32,000 nt of DNA from Prochlorococcus sp. MIT 0801 (GCF_000757865.1 NZ_CP007754.1:1740001-1772000); one strand, 5' to 3'; positions 9,787 to 22,731 are shown, counted from the first letter of the stretch. The notes: generated from the letters alone by a model not told the origin. Numbers and translations are program-made.

Positions 9787-11244
9787 ATGAGAATAACTGA
9801 TAACTCCATAATTCCTGTAATTCTTAGTGGTGGATCAGGAACAAGACTTTGGCCACTTTCTAGAGAAAGTTATCCTAAGCAATTTCTAGCGTTAGATACA
9901 CGAACAAAGAAAACACTTTTGCAGAAAACTTATGAAAGGCTTCTGGGTTTAGAGGGACTTGAAAATCCCATTTTAATATGTAATGAGGATCATAGATTTA
10001 TAGTTGCAGAGCAATTTAGAGAAATAAATACTGATCCTCAGGCAATTATTCTGGAACCCGTAGGACGTAATACTGCACCAGCAATTGCAGTTGCTGCTCT
10101 TCAAGCAATTTCTTTAGGTAAAGATCCTTTACTGTTAATTTTGGCAGCCGATCACTTGATAGAAAATATCATTGAATTTCAAAGAGTAATTCAATCAGCA
10201 AAAACATATGCAAAGCAGGGTAGATTAGTGACCTTTGGTATTGTTCCAACTTCTGCAGAAACTGGTTACGGTTACATTGAAGCAAAAGAATTAGATAATA
10301 ATGAAGATCAAATAAGTGGTCTAGAAATAAACAAATTTATAGAAAAACCTAATAAAGAAATAGCTGAAAAATTAATCAAAGATTCTCGCTATACTTGGAA
10401 TAGTGGTATGTTTCTTTTTAAAGCAAGTTCAATAATAAGTGAATTAGAGAAATTCTCTCCAGAAATCATAAATTATTGCAAAATTGCAATTGAGAAAGAT
10501 GTAGAAGATCTTGATTTCCTACGATTAGAAACAGAGTCATTCAAGAAATGTCCAAAAATATCTTTAGATATAGCAGTTATGGAAAAAACAAACTTAGGTA
10601 CCGTTCTTCCCTTAAATGTAGGATGGAGTGATATAGGAAGTTGGAAATCTTTGTGGGATATTAGTCAAAAGAATAAGGATGGAAACTACATAAATGGGAG
10701 AATAATCGCTGAACAAAGTAGAAATTGTTATCTAGAAAGTGAACAACGTCTAATTGTGGGAATAGGAATAGAAGATCTAATAGTTATAGATACAAATGAT
10801 GCTATATTAATTGCTAATAGAGATCAATCTCAAAATATTGGAAATATAATCAAAAGCCTTTGCTCAAAAGACTTCCCAGAAGGTAAAGTTCACAGAAAAA
10901 TTTATAGACCTTGGGGAAATTACACTACAATAGTTGAGGGGGATAGATGGCTAGTCAAGCTCATAGAAGTAAAGCCAAATGCTTCTCTTTCTTTACAAAT
11001 GCACCATCATAGAGCTGAACATTGGGTTGTAGTTAACGGAACAGCCTTGATAGAAAAAAATGGAGAAAAGCAACTTTTAAGTGAAAATGAAAGCACATTC
11101 ATTCCTTTAGGCTGCAAGCATAGATTAAGCAATCCAGGGAAAATGAAACTTGAGCTTATTGAAGTTCAAAGCGGAGCGTATTTAGATGAAGAAGACATCA
11201 TTCGCTTTGAAGATTCTTATGGCAGAATAAAAAATCTTAGTTGA
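9787..11244 (+). CDS. manC: Bifunctional mannose-1-phosphate guanylyltransferase / mannose-6-phosphate isomerase
   Basis: 485-aa ORF. The N-terminal nucleotidyltransferase motif is ILSGGSGTRLWPLSRESYPKQF. The C-terminal cupin has YRPWGNY...LSLQMHHHRAEHWVVV. Confidence 0.9.
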   Translation: MRITDNSIIPVILSGGSGTRLWPLSRESYPKQFLALDTRTKKTLLQKTYERLLGLEGLENPILICNEDHRFIVAEQFREINTDPQAIILEPVGRNTAPAIAVAALQAISLGKDPLLLILAADHLIENIIEFQRVIQSAKTYAKQGRLVTFGIVPTSAETGYGYIEAKELDNNEDQISGLEINKFIEKPNKEIAEKLIKDSRYTWNSGMFLFKASSIISELEKFSPEIINYCKIAIEKDVEDLDFLRLETESFKKCPKISLDIAVMEKTNLGTVLPLNVGWSDIGSWKSLWDISQKNKDGNYINGRIIAEQSRNCYLESEQRLIVGIGIEDLIVIDTNDAILIANRDQSQNIGNIIKSLCSKDFPEGKVHRKIYRPWGNYTTIVEGDRWLVKLIEVKPNASLSLQMHHHRAEHWVVVNGTALIEKNGEKQLLSENESTFIPLGCKHRLSNPGKMKLELIEVQSGAYLDEEDIIRFEDSYGRIKNLS

Positions 11245-11314
11245 TGAAAAACTATATTTTATTTTTCAAATTACAGGTAATTAATTAAATAAAATGATTG
11301 AGAGTTAAGAATCT

Positions 11315-13219
11315 TTATTCCACGGTTACACTTTTGGCTAAATTCCTAGGCTGATCAACATCTAAACCTTTATGTGCTGCTATGTGATAACTAAATAACT
11401 GCAAAGGTACAACGGTCAATAGAGGACTCACCCATTCACTAACTTTTGGAATAGTAAATAATTCATCAAACATTTCCGATTCAGATCGATGAGTAGACAC
11501 CCCAATCAAACGGGCATCTCTAGCTTTAGCCTCTTGCGAGTTACTAAGTACTTTTTCATAGACGATTCCAGGGACAGCAATAGATACCACTGGAACATGT
11601 TGATCTAAAAGTGCTATTGGTCCGTGTTTTAGCTCTCCAGCTGGATAGCCTTGCGCATGGATGTAGCTTATTTCCTTTAATTTAAGAGCACCTTCAAGTG
11701 CAATTGGATAATTTATTCCTCTACCTAAAAAAATTACATCCTTTGTTTCAACAAACAAATGTGCTATTTCCTTAGAGAGAGAATCATGTTTTTTTATAAG
11801 ATTTGTTAGCTGTTTAGGGATTAATCTCAAATCATTGGAGAGATCTAAAATTTCTTGAGAGTTTCTTTTTTGTCTATGTGATGCAAATAAAAGTGTTAAA
11901 CCATAAAAGGACAACATTTGTCCCAGAAAGGTTTTGGTTGCTGCAACACCTATTTCGATGCCTGATCCAATATCAATAACATTATCTAGCTCACGACCAA
12001 ATGAACTATCAATTCTATTAGTAATGCCCAATTGATGAAAAGAAAAATGAGGATCTTTAGTCGAATCTCTTCTCTCCTTTTCCATCCTTAAGGCAGCTAA
12101 AGTGTCTGCAGTTTCACCTGATTGACTTACTCCAATTGTCAAAGTATTGGGAGAAAGTGGAGGGGGAGCATAACGAAATTCACTCGCGAAATATACCTTT
12201 GTAGGAACTCCTGCAAACTGTTCCAACAAATAAGCACCAACCATACCTGCATGTCTGCTTGTGCCACAGGCAAGTATTTGAATCTGTTCTATTTTCTCAA
12301 GGATAGATTTAGAAACCTGCAAAGCTACTGGTTTTTCGGAGGGCAAATCCATAGGCAAAAATCTATCTATCCATTGTTGTGCCGTCTCTGGCTGCTCATA
12401 AATTTCTTTAAGCATGAAATGACGAAAATTTCTTTTATCGGCAAAAAATTCCGTGCCCTGCAAGATCGATGGTGCTCTATGCTGCCTCTTTCCATCATCA
12501 TCATATAGTTCAATTCCTAGTGGGGTTAAAAGTGCACTTTCGTGATCCCTTAAAGGTAAAAATGTACGGGTAAATCCTATTAATGCTGGTGTATCACTTG
12601 CACAAAAAAACTCACCCTCGCCAAAGCCAAGAACTAATGGAGCTTGCCCTCTAGCTACTACCAAGGCATTTGGTGCCTTAGACCAAATCACTGCGATGGA
12701 ATAAGTCCCTTCTAATAAAGTCAAAACTTTTTGAACAGCGATTAATAGTGTTTGTTCATCAGGGCAAAGTCCATTTGCCAGAGACTGTTCTATCTCAAGA
12801 CCGATTAAGTGTGGAATTATTTCAGTGTCAGTTTCCGAGGTTAATTTGATTCCTTTAACTTTCAGGCTGCTAGATAACTCTCTGTAATTCTCGATAATCC
12901 CATTTTGCACAACTGCAATTTGCCCTGAGAAATCAAGATGAGGATGAGCATTTCTCTCGTTAGGCTTTCCATGAGTAGCCCATCTAGTATGGGCAATACC
13001 AACATGACCTTTTGGAGGCTTTTTTTTAATTAAGTTTGATAGATTAACAAGCTTTCCTTTTGCTTTTGTGACATTTAGTTGTCCAATTTGATCGTTATTT
13101 AAATTGTCAATTGTTGCTATACCTGCAGAGTCATAACCGCGATATTCCAATTTTCTTAATCCATCAATAAGTAAAGAAGAAACTTCTCTTGATCCAATAA
13201 CAGCAAAAATGCCACACAT
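11315..13219 (-). CDS. glmS: Glutamine--fructose-6-phosphate aminotransferase (isomerising)
   Basis: 634-aa ORF. It starts MCGIFAV (Ntn amidotransferase with Cys2), contains SIS domains, and ends with the canonical ...RNLAKSVTVE. Confidence 0.95.
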   Translation of the reverse strand: MCGIFAVIGSREVSSLLIDGLRKLEYRGYDSAGIATIDNLNNDQIGQLNVTKAKGKLVNLSNLIKKKPPKGHVGIAHTRWATHGKPNERNAHPHLDFSGQIAVVQNGIIENYRELSSSLKVKGIKLTSETDTEIIPHLIGLEIEQSLANGLCPDEQTLLIAVQKVLTLLEGTYSIAVIWSKAPNALVVARGQAPLVLGFGEGEFFCASDTPALIGFTRTFLPLRDHESALLTPLGIELYDDDGKRQHRAPSILQGTEFFADKRNFRHFMLKEIYEQPETAQQWIDRFLPMDLPSEKPVALQVSKSILEKIEQIQILACGTSRHAGMVGAYLLEQFAGVPTKVYFASEFRYAPPPLSPNTLTIGVSQSGETADTLAALRMEKERRDSTKDPHFSFHQLGITNRIDSSFGRELDNVIDIGSGIEIGVAATKTFLGQMLSFYGLTLLFASHRQKRNSQEILDLSNDLRLIPKQLTNLIKKHDSLSKEIAHLFVETKDVIFLGRGINYPIALEGALKLKEISYIHAQGYPAGELKHGPIALLDQHVPVVSIAVPGIVYEKVLSNSQEAKARDARLIGVSTHRSESEMFDELFTIPKVSEWVSPLLTVVPLQLFSYHIAAHKGLDVDQPRNLAKSVTVE

Positions 13220-13276
13220 ATATTTAAATTTACATCAAAAATTATTTTTTAAAATAAACCTTCCTCAAGCAAAATA

Positions 13277-13582
<306 letters not shown>

Positions 13583-13687
13583 CTATACCCAAAGATTTGC
13601 TTCATAAAAAAAATTAGTTGCAATCTAGTCACTTTTGTTAACTCGACACTTTAACCCGTAGGATTAGAACTCAGGTCTAAGAAGGTT

Positions 13688-13930
13688 ATGTCCCAGGAAG
13701 CAATCCTTGAAAAAGTTCGTTCTATCGTCGCAGAACAACTTAGTGTTGAAGCTGGTGAAGTTAAACCGGATTCAAATTTCCAAAACGATCTCGGTGCAGA
13801 CTCTCTCGACACTGTCGAGCTAGTGATGGCTCTGGAAGAGGCGTTTGACATAGAGATCCCTGACGAAGCTGCAGAAGGCATTGCCACTGTGGGGGATGCA
13901 GTCAATTACATCGAAGAAAAACAGTCTTGA
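13688..13930 (+). CDS. acpP: Acyl carrier protein
   Basis: 80-aa ORF with the phosphopantetheine attachment motif [18 protein letters not shown]. Confidence 0.95.
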   Translation: MSQEAILEKVRSIVAEQLSVEAGEVKPDSNFQNDLGADSLDTVELVMALEEAFDIEIPDEAAEGIATVGDAVNYIEEKQS

Positions 13931-13937
13931 GGTTCAA

Positions 13938-15185
13938 ATGATGGAGAAACTCCATCGAGTTGTTGTGACAGGTCTTGGAGCGATAACTCCAATTGGCAAC
14001 AACATCGAAAGTTACCTAAAAGGACTTCAATCTGGGCGCAATGGGGTTGATCAAATAACCCTTTTTGATGCCTCCTCCCATGCATGCAGATTTGCAGCAG
14101 AGGTAAAAAGTTTTGACCCAACCGGCAAATTAGAACCAAAAGAATCCAAAAGATGGGATCGTTTCTCAAAATTTGGAGTCGTTGCAGCCAAAGAAGCCCT
14201 GAATCATTCGGGTCTAGTAATTGACGATTTAAATGCTGAAAAAATTGGCGTGATCATTGGTTCTGGAGTTGGCGGATTGCTAACGATGGAAACTCAAGCT
14301 CATGTTTTAAACAACAAAGGTCCTAGTCGAGTAAGTCCATTTACTGTTCCCATGATGATTCCCAACATGGCTACAGGGCTAGCGGCTATTGCACTTGGCG
14401 CCAAAGGTCCAAGTTCAGCAGTTTCTACTGCTTGTGCCGCCGGATCAAATGCTATTGGTGATGCATTCAGACTGCTCCAACTAGGCAAAGCAGATGCAAT
14501 GGTTTGTGGAGGAGCAGAAGCAAGTATTACCCCCTTAGGAGTCGCAGGTTTTGCGAGTGCTAAAGCCCTATCATTTAGAAATGAGGATCCATGCACGGCG
14601 AGTAGACCGTTTGATTCTCAAAGAGATGGTTTCGTAATTGGAGAAGGAGCAGGAATATTAATTCTAGAAACTCTTGAACATGCCTTAAAAAGAGATGCCA
14701 CAATCCATGCAGAGATAATTGGTTATGGAACTACATGTGACGCACATCACATAACTTCCCCTACGCCAGGTGGAGTCGGAGGTGCAGAAGCTATGAAACT
14801 TGCATTAATTGATGGACAAATTAATCCAGAAGAAGTTGATTACATTAATGCTCATGGAACTAGCACTCCTGCAAATGACAGTAATGAAACATCTGCTATA
14901 AAAAGTGCTTTAGGAAATTATGCATATCAAGTGCCTACAAGCTCAACCAAATCCATGACAGGACATTTGTTGGGAGGTTCTGGTGGGATAGAAGCTGTTG
15001 CTTGTGCTCTGGCAATAAAACATGAAATAATTCCGCCAACAATTAATTATTCCAATCCAGACCCAAATTGTGATCTTGATTATGTACCAAACAAAGCAAG
15101 GGAGAAAAAATTAGGCGTCGTATTGTCTAACTCATTCGGGTTTGGCGGTCACAATGTCTGTCTAGCTTTTCGACAAATGATCTAA
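13938..15185 (+). CDS. fabF: 3-oxoacyl-ACP synthase II
   Basis: KAS II features include the active-site region AVSTACAAGSNAIG, HGTSTPANDSNE and the C-terminal NSFGFGGHN. The track ORF starts at 13881 but would overlap acpP. I prefer the in-frame ATG at 13938 (MMEKLHRVVVTGLG), 7 nt after the acpP stop. Confidence 0.9.
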   Translation: MMEKLHRVVVTGLGAITPIGNNIESYLKGLQSGRNGVDQITLFDASSHACRFAAEVKSFDPTGKLEPKESKRWDRFSKFGVVAAKEALNHSGLVIDDLNAEKIGVIIGSGVGGLLTMETQAHVLNNKGPSRVSPFTVPMMIPNMATGLAAIALGAKGPSSAVSTACAAGSNAIGDAFRLLQLGKADAMVCGGAEASITPLGVAGFASAKALSFRNEDPCTASRPFDSQRDGFVIGEGAGILILETLEHALKRDATIHAEIIGYGTTCDAHHITSPTPGGVGGAEAMKLALIDGQINPEEVDYINAHGTSTPANDSNETSAIKSALGNYAYQVPTSSTKSMTGHLLGGSGGIEAVACALAIKHEIIPPTINYSNPDPNCDLDYVPNKAREKKLGVVLSNSFGFGGHNVCLAFRQMI

Positions 15186-15241
15186 CCAATTTCATTTCCT
15201 CTTTCCACTTAAATTTCTTTTTCCCAACTTCTTAATTAAAA

Positions 15242-17254
15242 ATGGTTGCCTTGACTACTTCCCTAGACACACTTTGCATCAACAGCATCAGGATGCTCGC
15301 TGTTGATGCAATTAATAAATCAAAAAGTGGTCACCCTGGACTCCCTATGGGTTGCGCACCGATGGGTTATGCATTGTGGGATAAACACTTACGTCATAAT
15401 CCAAAAAACCCAAAATGGTTTAATCGAGACAGATTTGTTCTTTCAGCAGGACATGGATGCATGCTTTTGTATGCCCTTCTACATTTGACTGGTTATGATT
15501 CTGTCACCATTGAAGATATTAAAGAATTTAGACAATGGGGAGCTAAAACTCCAGGACACCCAGAAACATTTGAAACTCCTGGTGTTGAAGTAACTGCTGG
15601 ACCTTTGGGAGCAGGAATTTCAAATGCAGTAGGATTAGCCATTGCAGAATCCCACCTATCTGCAAAATTCAATAAGCCTGATTCAACAGTTGTAGACCAT
15701 TACACCTATGTGATCATGGGAGATGGTTGCAACCAAGAAGGCATTTCTTCAGAGGCCTGTTCTCTTGCTGGTCATTTGAAACTCGGCAAATTAATAGCTT
15801 TATACGATGACAACCACATCACTATTGATGGAAGAACTGACGTCTCATTTACAGAGGATGTCCTAAAAAGATATGAAGCATATGGATGGCATGTACAAGA
15901 AATTCCTGAGGGGAATACAGATGTAGAAGGGATATCTAAAGCTATTGAAAATGCAAAAGCAGTCACAGATAAGCCATCAATTATCAAAGTAACCACAACC
16001 ATTGGTTATGGTTCACCCAACAAAAGCGATACTGCAGGTATTCACGGTGCTCCTTTAGGTGAGGAAGAAGCGGAACTCACAAGGGAACAATTAGGTTGGT
16101 CTTACAAGCCTTTCGAGGTTCCTCAAGATGCATACGATCAATATCGTCAAGCTATTCAAAAAGGTGCACAACTAGAAGAAAAGTGGAATGAAACTCTTGC
16201 TACGTATAAAGAAAAATATCCCAATGAAGCATCTCAATTTGAGCGTATGTTGAGAGGCGAGCTCCCAGAAGGATGGGATAAAGATTTACCAACCTATACA
16301 GCTGATGATAAGGGGGTAGCTACTAGAAAACATTCTCAAATATGTCTAGGCGCTCTTGGTCCAAACATTCCTGAACTAATAGGAGGTTCTGCCGATTTAA
16401 CTCATTCAAATTACACAGATATAAAAGGTGAGACTGGATCTTTTCAATATGACAGTCCTGAGAAACGTTATTTACATTTTGGTGTCAGAGAACATGCCAT
16501 GGCAGCCATATTGAATGGTATTGCTTATCACGATAGTGGTTTGATTCCATATGGTGGAACCTTCTTAGTCTTCGCAGACTACATGAGAGGTTCGATGCGT
16601 CTTTCAGCTCTTAGTGAGCTAGGGGTTATTTATGTTTTAACCCATGATTCCATAGGTGTTGGTGAAGATGGCCCAACACATCAACCCATAGAAACCATTC
16701 CATCATTGAGAGCAATGCCAAATATGATGGTTTTCCGTCCAGGCGATGGCAATGAAACCAGTGGTGCCTATAAAGTTGCAATAAAAAATCGTAAGAGACC
16801 AAGTTCCTTATGCCTAAGTAGGCAGGGTATGGCCAATCAACAAAATTCATCTGTAGACAAAGTTGCTTTAGGTGGATACGTACTTGAAGATTGCGATGGC
16901 ACTCCAGAACTAATACTTATCGGAACCGGAACTGAACTTGATTTATGTGTTCAAGCAGCTAAAAAGTTAACTATCGAAGGAAGAAAAGTGCGTGTTGTTT
17001 CTATGCCATGCGTTGAACTTTTTGAAGAACAAAGCGAGCGTTATAAAGAAGAAGTTTTACCATCAAATATCAGGAAACGGATAGTAGTTGAAGCTGCAGA
17101 GAGCTTCGGATGGCATAAATATATTGGTCTTGATGGTGATAGCGTAACTATGAATAGCTTTGGAGCATCTGCCCCAGGTGGATTATGTATGGAAAAATTT
17201 GGATTTACAGTTGAGAACGTAATTGATAAATCTAGAAATCTTCTCAACAAATAA
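15242..17254 (+). CDS. tktA: Transketolase
   Basis: 670-aa ORF. It has the N-terminal SGHPG region ([22 protein letters not shown]), a ThDP-binding motif ([13 protein letters not shown]...LIALYDDN) and the transketolase signature [11 protein letters not shown]. Confidence 0.95.
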   Translation: MVALTTSLDTLCINSIRMLAVDAINKSKSGHPGLPMGCAPMGYALWDKHLRHNPKNPKWFNRDRFVLSAGHGCMLLYALLHLTGYDSVTIEDIKEFRQWGAKTPGHPETFETPGVEVTAGPLGAGISNAVGLAIAESHLSAKFNKPDSTVVDHYTYVIMGDGCNQEGISSEACSLAGHLKLGKLIALYDDNHITIDGRTDVSFTEDVLKRYEAYGWHVQEIPEGNTDVEGISKAIENAKAVTDKPSIIKVTTTIGYGSPNKSDTAGIHGAPLGEEEAELTREQLGWSYKPFEVPQDAYDQYRQAIQKGAQLEEKWNETLATYKEKYPNEASQFERMLRGELPEGWDKDLPTYTADDKGVATRKHSQICLGALGPNIPELIGGSADLTHSNYTDIKGETGSFQYDSPEKRYLHFGVREHAMAAILNGIAYHDSGLIPYGGTFLVFADYMRGSMRLSALSELGVIYVLTHDSIGVGEDGPTHQPIETIPSLRAMPNMMVFRPGDGNETSGAYKVAIKNRKRPSSLCLSRQGMANQQNSSVDKVALGGYVLEDCDGTPELILIGTGTELDLCVQAAKKLTIEGRKVRVVSMPCVELFEEQSERYKEEVLPSNIRKRIVVEAAESFGWHKYIGLDGDSVTMNSFGASAPGGLCMEKFGFTVENVIDKSRNLLNK

Positions 17255-17281
17255 AATTCAAAATATAATTCTCAACTAATT

Positions 17282-18714
<1,433 letters not shown>

Positions 18715-18764
18715 CTAAAAAGCTATTGAATAAAAAAGGAGCAATATGAATAAAGATCACAAGA

Positions 18765-18855
18765 CTTCACTTTCCTTACACTGGTACAAACCAGATCAAG
18801 TTCAGAGGGTGTGATCTCAGCCATATAGCAAAGCGATATGGCACCCCTAGCGATA
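18765..18855 (-). promoter_or_regulatory. TPP (THI-box) riboswitch in the thiC leader
   Basis: The minus strand reads CTAGGGGTGCCATATCGCTTTGCTATATGGCTGAGATCACACCCTCTGAACTTGATCTGGTTTGTACCAGTGTAAGGAAAGTG. It contains the conserved GGGGTGC...CTGAGA...ACCC..TGAAC.TGATCTGG.T..TACCAG.GTA.GGAA elements. It sits about 55-140 nt upstream of the thiC ATG. Boundaries are approximate. Confidence 0.88.
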
Positions 18856-18918
18856 AATACAAATTAGCTCGAAAACCGGAACTAAACCCTAAAGTTTTTA
18901 TAGATAAAAATTTTCGAA

Positions 18919-19140
18919 TCAAAAATTTTGATCATTCATATCTTTTTTTATCTCTAAAAACAACATTCTGCGTCTGCTAAATCTTCTAACCGCGCCAGTC
19001 AAAACCAATCCACTTCCAACAACTAAAGCAGGTATGGCTTGGATTTTATTTTTGCCCTCTCTATTTAAAAAGCCTGTAATTGCTAATAAAACTAGCAATG
19101 GTGCTGAAATTGAGATTAATGGGTTACCCAACTTGTTCAT
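18919..19140 (-). CDS. Small hypothetical membrane protein (73 aa, two predicted TM helices)
   Basis: ATG-start ORF 12 nt downstream of the amidohydrolase stop. It has two hydrophobic segments (PLISISAPLLVLLAITGF and AIPALVVGSGLVLTGAV) and a basic tail. I recognise no family. Confidence 0.5.
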   Translation of the reverse strand: MNKLGNPLISISAPLLVLLAITGFLNREGKNKIQAIPALVVGSGLVLTGAVRRFSRRRMLFLEIKKDMNDQNF

Positions 19141-19152
19141 AAAATCAAGTGA

Positions 19153-20337
19153 CTAGATGTCTTGGAGAGTTTTAGTTGCCATGACTAGTGTTTGAGACAA
19201 AATTTTTATTCCTAATTCCAGGCTTTTTTCATCCAAAGAAAAATATCCGCTGTGCAATGGAGCACAACCTTGATCGCCAGCAACTCCTAATCTAAACATG
19301 GTGCCTGGAACATCTTGCAAGAAGAAAGCAAAATCTTCAGCTCCTAATGATGGATTTTCTAAATAAACAATATTTTCTTGATCCATAAAATTCTTTGCAC
19401 AGCTAGATAACAAACCAGTCAACTCTGGATCGTTATAAACTGGAGGAGCAATAGACTTGAATTTTATATTAGCCTTGCCTCCATAATTAGAGGCTATATT
19501 TTGCACTATTTTCTCAATCCATTGAGGCAAATTTTCATAAAGGTTTTTATCAAGACACCTTACTGTACCTAGAAGCTTAACCCTCTCAGCAATTACATTA
19601 AAAGCATTACCTCCTGAAATTTTCCCAAAGCTAATAACTACTGGCTTAAGAGCATCCAAGCGTCTACTAATGGCCTCTTGAAGTCCACTAATAACTTTTG
19701 CAGAAATCCAAATTGAATCGATGCCTTCATGTGGTCTAGCTCCATGCCCTCCATTTCCAATAATATCTATTTCCAATTCAGCCGCGGCTGCTGTAAAAGT
19801 ACCAGTTTTTATTCCAATCTTGCCAACTGACAAATCTGGATAAACATGCACACCAAATAGAGCTTGAACTCCCTCAAGGACCTTTTCAGCTCTCATCCAA
19901 TTTGCACCTTGAGCAATCTCCTCAGCAGGTTGAAAAATGATTCGGATTCGAGAATTTGTAAATTTGTTTTTTGCTAATACTTTTGCCACCCCCAAACCAA
20001 TACAAGTATGCAGATCATGGCCACATGCATGCATCAGACCTTGAATTGCAGAAGAATAATCTAAATCTGTTCTCTCCTCGATTGGCAAAGCATCCATATC
20101 AACTCGTAAGCCAACAACAGGTCCGTTTTTGTTACCCATTTCAGCTACCACCCCCGTTTTACCAACGGCTTCTTTTACTTCCCAACCTGATTTTCTAAGC
20201 TCCCCAGCAACAAGAGCAGCAGTTTGATATTCCTGACCGCTTAGCTCTGGGTGAGCATGGAGATGACGACGTAATCGAATCAAATCAGGGAGTATATCCT
20301 TAGTTAAAGCGTCAATTTTTTTTCCTAAATCTTTCAT
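19153..20337 (-). CDS. M20D-family amidohydrolase (N-acyl-L-amino-acid amidohydrolase / hippurate hydrolase-like)
   Basis: 394-aa ORF. Metal-binding motifs typical of the peptidase M20D family are present (LRRHLHAHPELSGQE, MHACGHDLH, FQPAEE, GGHGARPH). Confidence 0.8.
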   Translation of the reverse strand: MKDLGKKIDALTKDILPDLIRLRRHLHAHPELSGQEYQTAALVAGELRKSGWEVKEAVGKTGVVAEMGNKNGPVVGLRVDMDALPIEERTDLDYSSAIQGLMHACGHDLHTCIGLGVAKVLAKNKFTNSRIRIIFQPAEEIAQGANWMRAEKVLEGVQALFGVHVYPDLSVGKIGIKTGTFTAAAAELEIDIIGNGGHGARPHEGIDSIWISAKVISGLQEAISRRLDALKPVVISFGKISGGNAFNVIAERVKLLGTVRCLDKNLYENLPQWIEKIVQNIASNYGGKANIKFKSIAPPVYNDPELTGLLSSCAKNFMDQENIVYLENPSLGAEDFAFFLQDVPGTMFRLGVAGDQGCAPLHSGYFSLDEKSLELGIKILSQTLVMATKTLQDI

Positions 20338-21122
20338 TTATCATCCAAAGCTAGAAATGCAATCAAATCATTTGTAGGTCTCGGAGGCCAACGGCGAATA
20401 TTCAATAACCAATCCTCCTCGCGGTATCGAATATCTAATCCAGCCGCCGCAGCCCAATTGCTCTCAGCTTCACCTGAGAAGCCTTTACTCCATAGAAGAG
20501 CACTTAATGCTGCTCTCGCATCTGCGAATAAAGGATATTTACGGATTAATATTCTGATTTTCTTTTCAGCGAGTTCAAGATCGCCCAATTGATAAATCGC
20601 AAGCGCCTCACTAGACCTAGCCATAGCTATGGCATTATTTGACGAGGCAGCTTTAGCAAACAATTTCTTCGCTTCCATCCAATTATCCATGGAGCCCATC
20701 ACGTTAGCTAAGTTATATAAAGCTGAAACATCTTTAGGATTAATGTTTAAAACATAGTTGTAATCTTTACTGGCGTCCTCCCAACGCTGCAGTGCTTCTT
20801 CGGCAATTCCTCTATTCAGATAAGGGTCTAAATCTTCAGGCGAAATTTCAATAGCCTTAGTTTGGTCTCTTATGGCTCCTTTAGGATCGCCAAGGGCGAG
20901 ACGAATATTACCTCTATTACTTAAGGCAGCCGCATCCTCTGGATTCTCATTTAAGTAAGAACTCCAATCTTTTTCAGCTCGAATGAAATCTCCTTCTTTA
21001 CTTTCTTGAAGAGCCTTCTCAAATAAAACTTTAGGAAGCACTTTGGCTTGGGTAGAAAATGGTACGAAAACAAAAATAATAGAAAGTAAAAGTAGAACTT
21101 TTACAACTCTTCCAGAAATCAT
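20334..21122 (-). CDS. Secreted or periplasmic TPR-repeat protein
   Basis: 262-aa ORF with an N-terminal hydrophobic signal-like segment ([18 protein letters not shown]). Several TPR-like repeats follow ([32 protein letters not shown]..., [10 protein letters not shown]...). ATGA overlaps occur at both ends. Confidence 0.7.
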   Translation of the reverse strand: MISGRVVKVLLLLSIIFVFVPFSTQAKVLPKVLFEKALQESKEGDFIRAEKDWSSYLNENPEDAAALSNRGNIRLALGDPKGAIRDQTKAIEISPEDLDPYLNRGIAEEALQRWEDASKDYNYVLNINPKDVSALYNLANVMGSMDNWMEAKKLFAKAASSNNAIAMARSSEALAIYQLGDLELAEKKIRILIRKYPLFADARAALSALLWSKGFSGEAESNWAAAAGLDIRYREEDWLLNIRRWPPRPTNDLIAFLALDDK

Positions 21123-22186
21123 ATATCTATATTATTTGCGGAAAGCAAATAATGTTTTTTAGCTGCTGGAGTAACAACCCTTCCCCTAGAAGTTCTCTGC
21201 AAAAAACCAATTTGCATTAAATAAGGCTCAACCACAGTTTCAAGAGTGGTTGAATCCTCTCCAAGTGCAGCAGCCAAAGTCTCAAGTCCTACTGGGCCTC
21301 CTTGATATTGATTAACTAACAAGCTCAAATAACTTCTATCTGTTGCATCTAGACCTCTTTGATCCACACGATGAAGATCAAGCGCATCGTTAACGACTTC
21401 AACATCAATCTTTTTCGAAGAAGAATGCACTTCTGCATAATCTCTAACTCTTCGTATCAGCCTATTTGCAATTCGAGGAGTACCTCGACTTCTTTTGGCT
21501 AATTGGTGAGATGCTTCCTCTGAAATTAATAAATTAATGAGTTTTGCAGATCTTTTAATTATATTTTCAAGGTCCAAATAATTGTAAAAATCTAGTCGCT
21601 GAGTTATGCCAAAACGATCTCGCATAGGGGAACTTAAGGCTGCAGGTTTTGTCGTAGCACCTACTAAGGTAAAAGGTGGGAGTTCGATTGCTCGCAGTCT
21701 CGAGGAAGTACCCTTACCTACAGTTAAATCTAACCTTCTATCTTCCATCGCAGGGTACAAAAGTTCCTGTGATATTCGATTTAGTCTGTGAATTTCATCT
21801 ACAAAAATCAATTCACGTGGCTGCATATTAATCAATAATCCAACAATATCCCTTGGTCGTTCAAGAGCAGGAGCGCTTGTAACTCTGGCTTTAACCCCCA
21901 ATTCCTCAGCAATAACAAGAGCCATGGTAGTTTTGCCCAATCCTGGTGGCCCATAAAGCATTAAATGATCAAGTGCTTCACCTCTTTTTAATGATGCTTT
22001 AACTGAAATCTCAAGAACTTTTTTTAATTCAGATTGACCTACAAAATCATCAAAAGATTTAGGCCTTAGTGAATCTTGTTGAGATGATTTAATCTCCTCC
22101 TTTAAAAGACTGGGGTCAACCAATCTTTCCTCTCCCTTATCATTGGGAAGAGAAGAATGATTAGTAATTGAAGACACAATTGCCAT
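21119..22186 (-). CDS. ruvB: Holliday junction branch-migration helicase RuvB
   Basis: Walker A is GPPGLGKTT and Walker B is IFVDEIHRL, with RuvB-specific domains throughout. The longest ORF starts at a TTG at 22210. I prefer the in-frame ATG at 22186 (MAIVSS...), but the start is uncertain. Confidence 0.9.
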   Translation of the reverse strand: MAIVSSITNHSSLPNDKGEERLVDPSLLKEEIKSSQQDSLRPKSFDDFVGQSELKKVLEISVKASLKRGEALDHLMLYGPPGLGKTTMALVIAEELGVKARVTSAPALERPRDIVGLLINMQPRELIFVDEIHRLNRISQELLYPAMEDRRLDLTVGKGTSSRLRAIELPPFTLVGATTKPAALSSPMRDRFGITQRLDFYNYLDLENIIKRSAKLINLLISEEASHQLAKRSRGTPRIANRLIRRVRDYAEVHSSSKKIDVEVVNDALDLHRVDQRGLDATDRSYLSLLVNQYQGGPVGLETLAAALGEDSTTLETVVEPYLMQIGFLQRTSRGRVVTPAAKKHYLLSANNIDI

Positions 22187-22215
22187 GACCGAAGGGTAGT
22201 GGCATCTCAACTAAA

Positions 22216-22731
22216 ATGGAGGAAAATAGAAGAATGAGCAAAAAAGGAAAGAAAAAATCCAAAAAAGATTCCTCAGTCGATGGAAATCGTCGATTAGCAG
22301 AGAATCGACAAGCAAGATATGAATATGAAATCCTAGAAACACTTGAAACTGGATTAGAGCTTCTTGGAACAGAAGTTAAATCAATTAGAGCTGGAAAAGT
22401 AAATTTAAAAGATGGCTTTTGCCTGATTAAAAAAGATCAAATTCAACTTCACAATGTTCATATATCACCTCATAATTATGCAGGTAAATTTTTCAATCAC
22501 GAACCTCTGAGAATCAAAAGACTTCTTGCTCATCGAAAAGAAATCGAGAAATTAAAAATAAATTTAGAGAGAAAAGGTTTAACAATAATACCTTTAAGTC
22601 TTTATCTAAAAGGCTCATGGATCAAGTTAAAAATAGGTGTAGGTAAAGGAAGGAAGCTTCATGACAAAAGAGAGAGAGAAAAGAGTAATGACTCAAAAAG
22701 AGATTTAGCTAATGCTATAAAACGTTTTTAA
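22216..22731 (+). CDS. smpB: SsrA-binding protein (trans-translation)
   Basis: 171-aa ORF. The SmpB core is [34 protein letters not shown]...LLAHRKEI...[11 protein letters not shown]. An alternative start is the ATG at 22234 (MSKKGKKK). Confidence 0.9.
   Translation: MEENRRMSKKGKKKSKKDSSVDGNRRLAENRQARYEYEILETLETGLELLGTEVKSIRAGKVNLKDGFCLIKKDQIQLHNVHISPHNYAGKFFNHEPLRIKRLLAHRKEIEKLKINLERKGLTIIPLSLYLKGSWIKLKIGVGKGRKLHDKREREKSNDSKRDLANAIKRF

Noticed and set aside
9787-11244. Very AT-rich stretches in manC (one 60-nt line at about 18% GC) as a hint of horizontally acquired surface-polysaccharide DNA
   Set aside because: Other lines in the same gene are about 37% GC, and the mreD line I counted (about 22% GC) is comparably AT-rich. 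No mobility genes or repeats flank manC.
13881-13937. Upstream extension of the fabF ORF overlapping the acpP 3' end
   Set aside because: The extension ([19 protein letters not shown]) is acpP read out of frame. The ATG at 13938, followed by the conserved KAS N-terminus HRVVVTGLG, is the sensible start.
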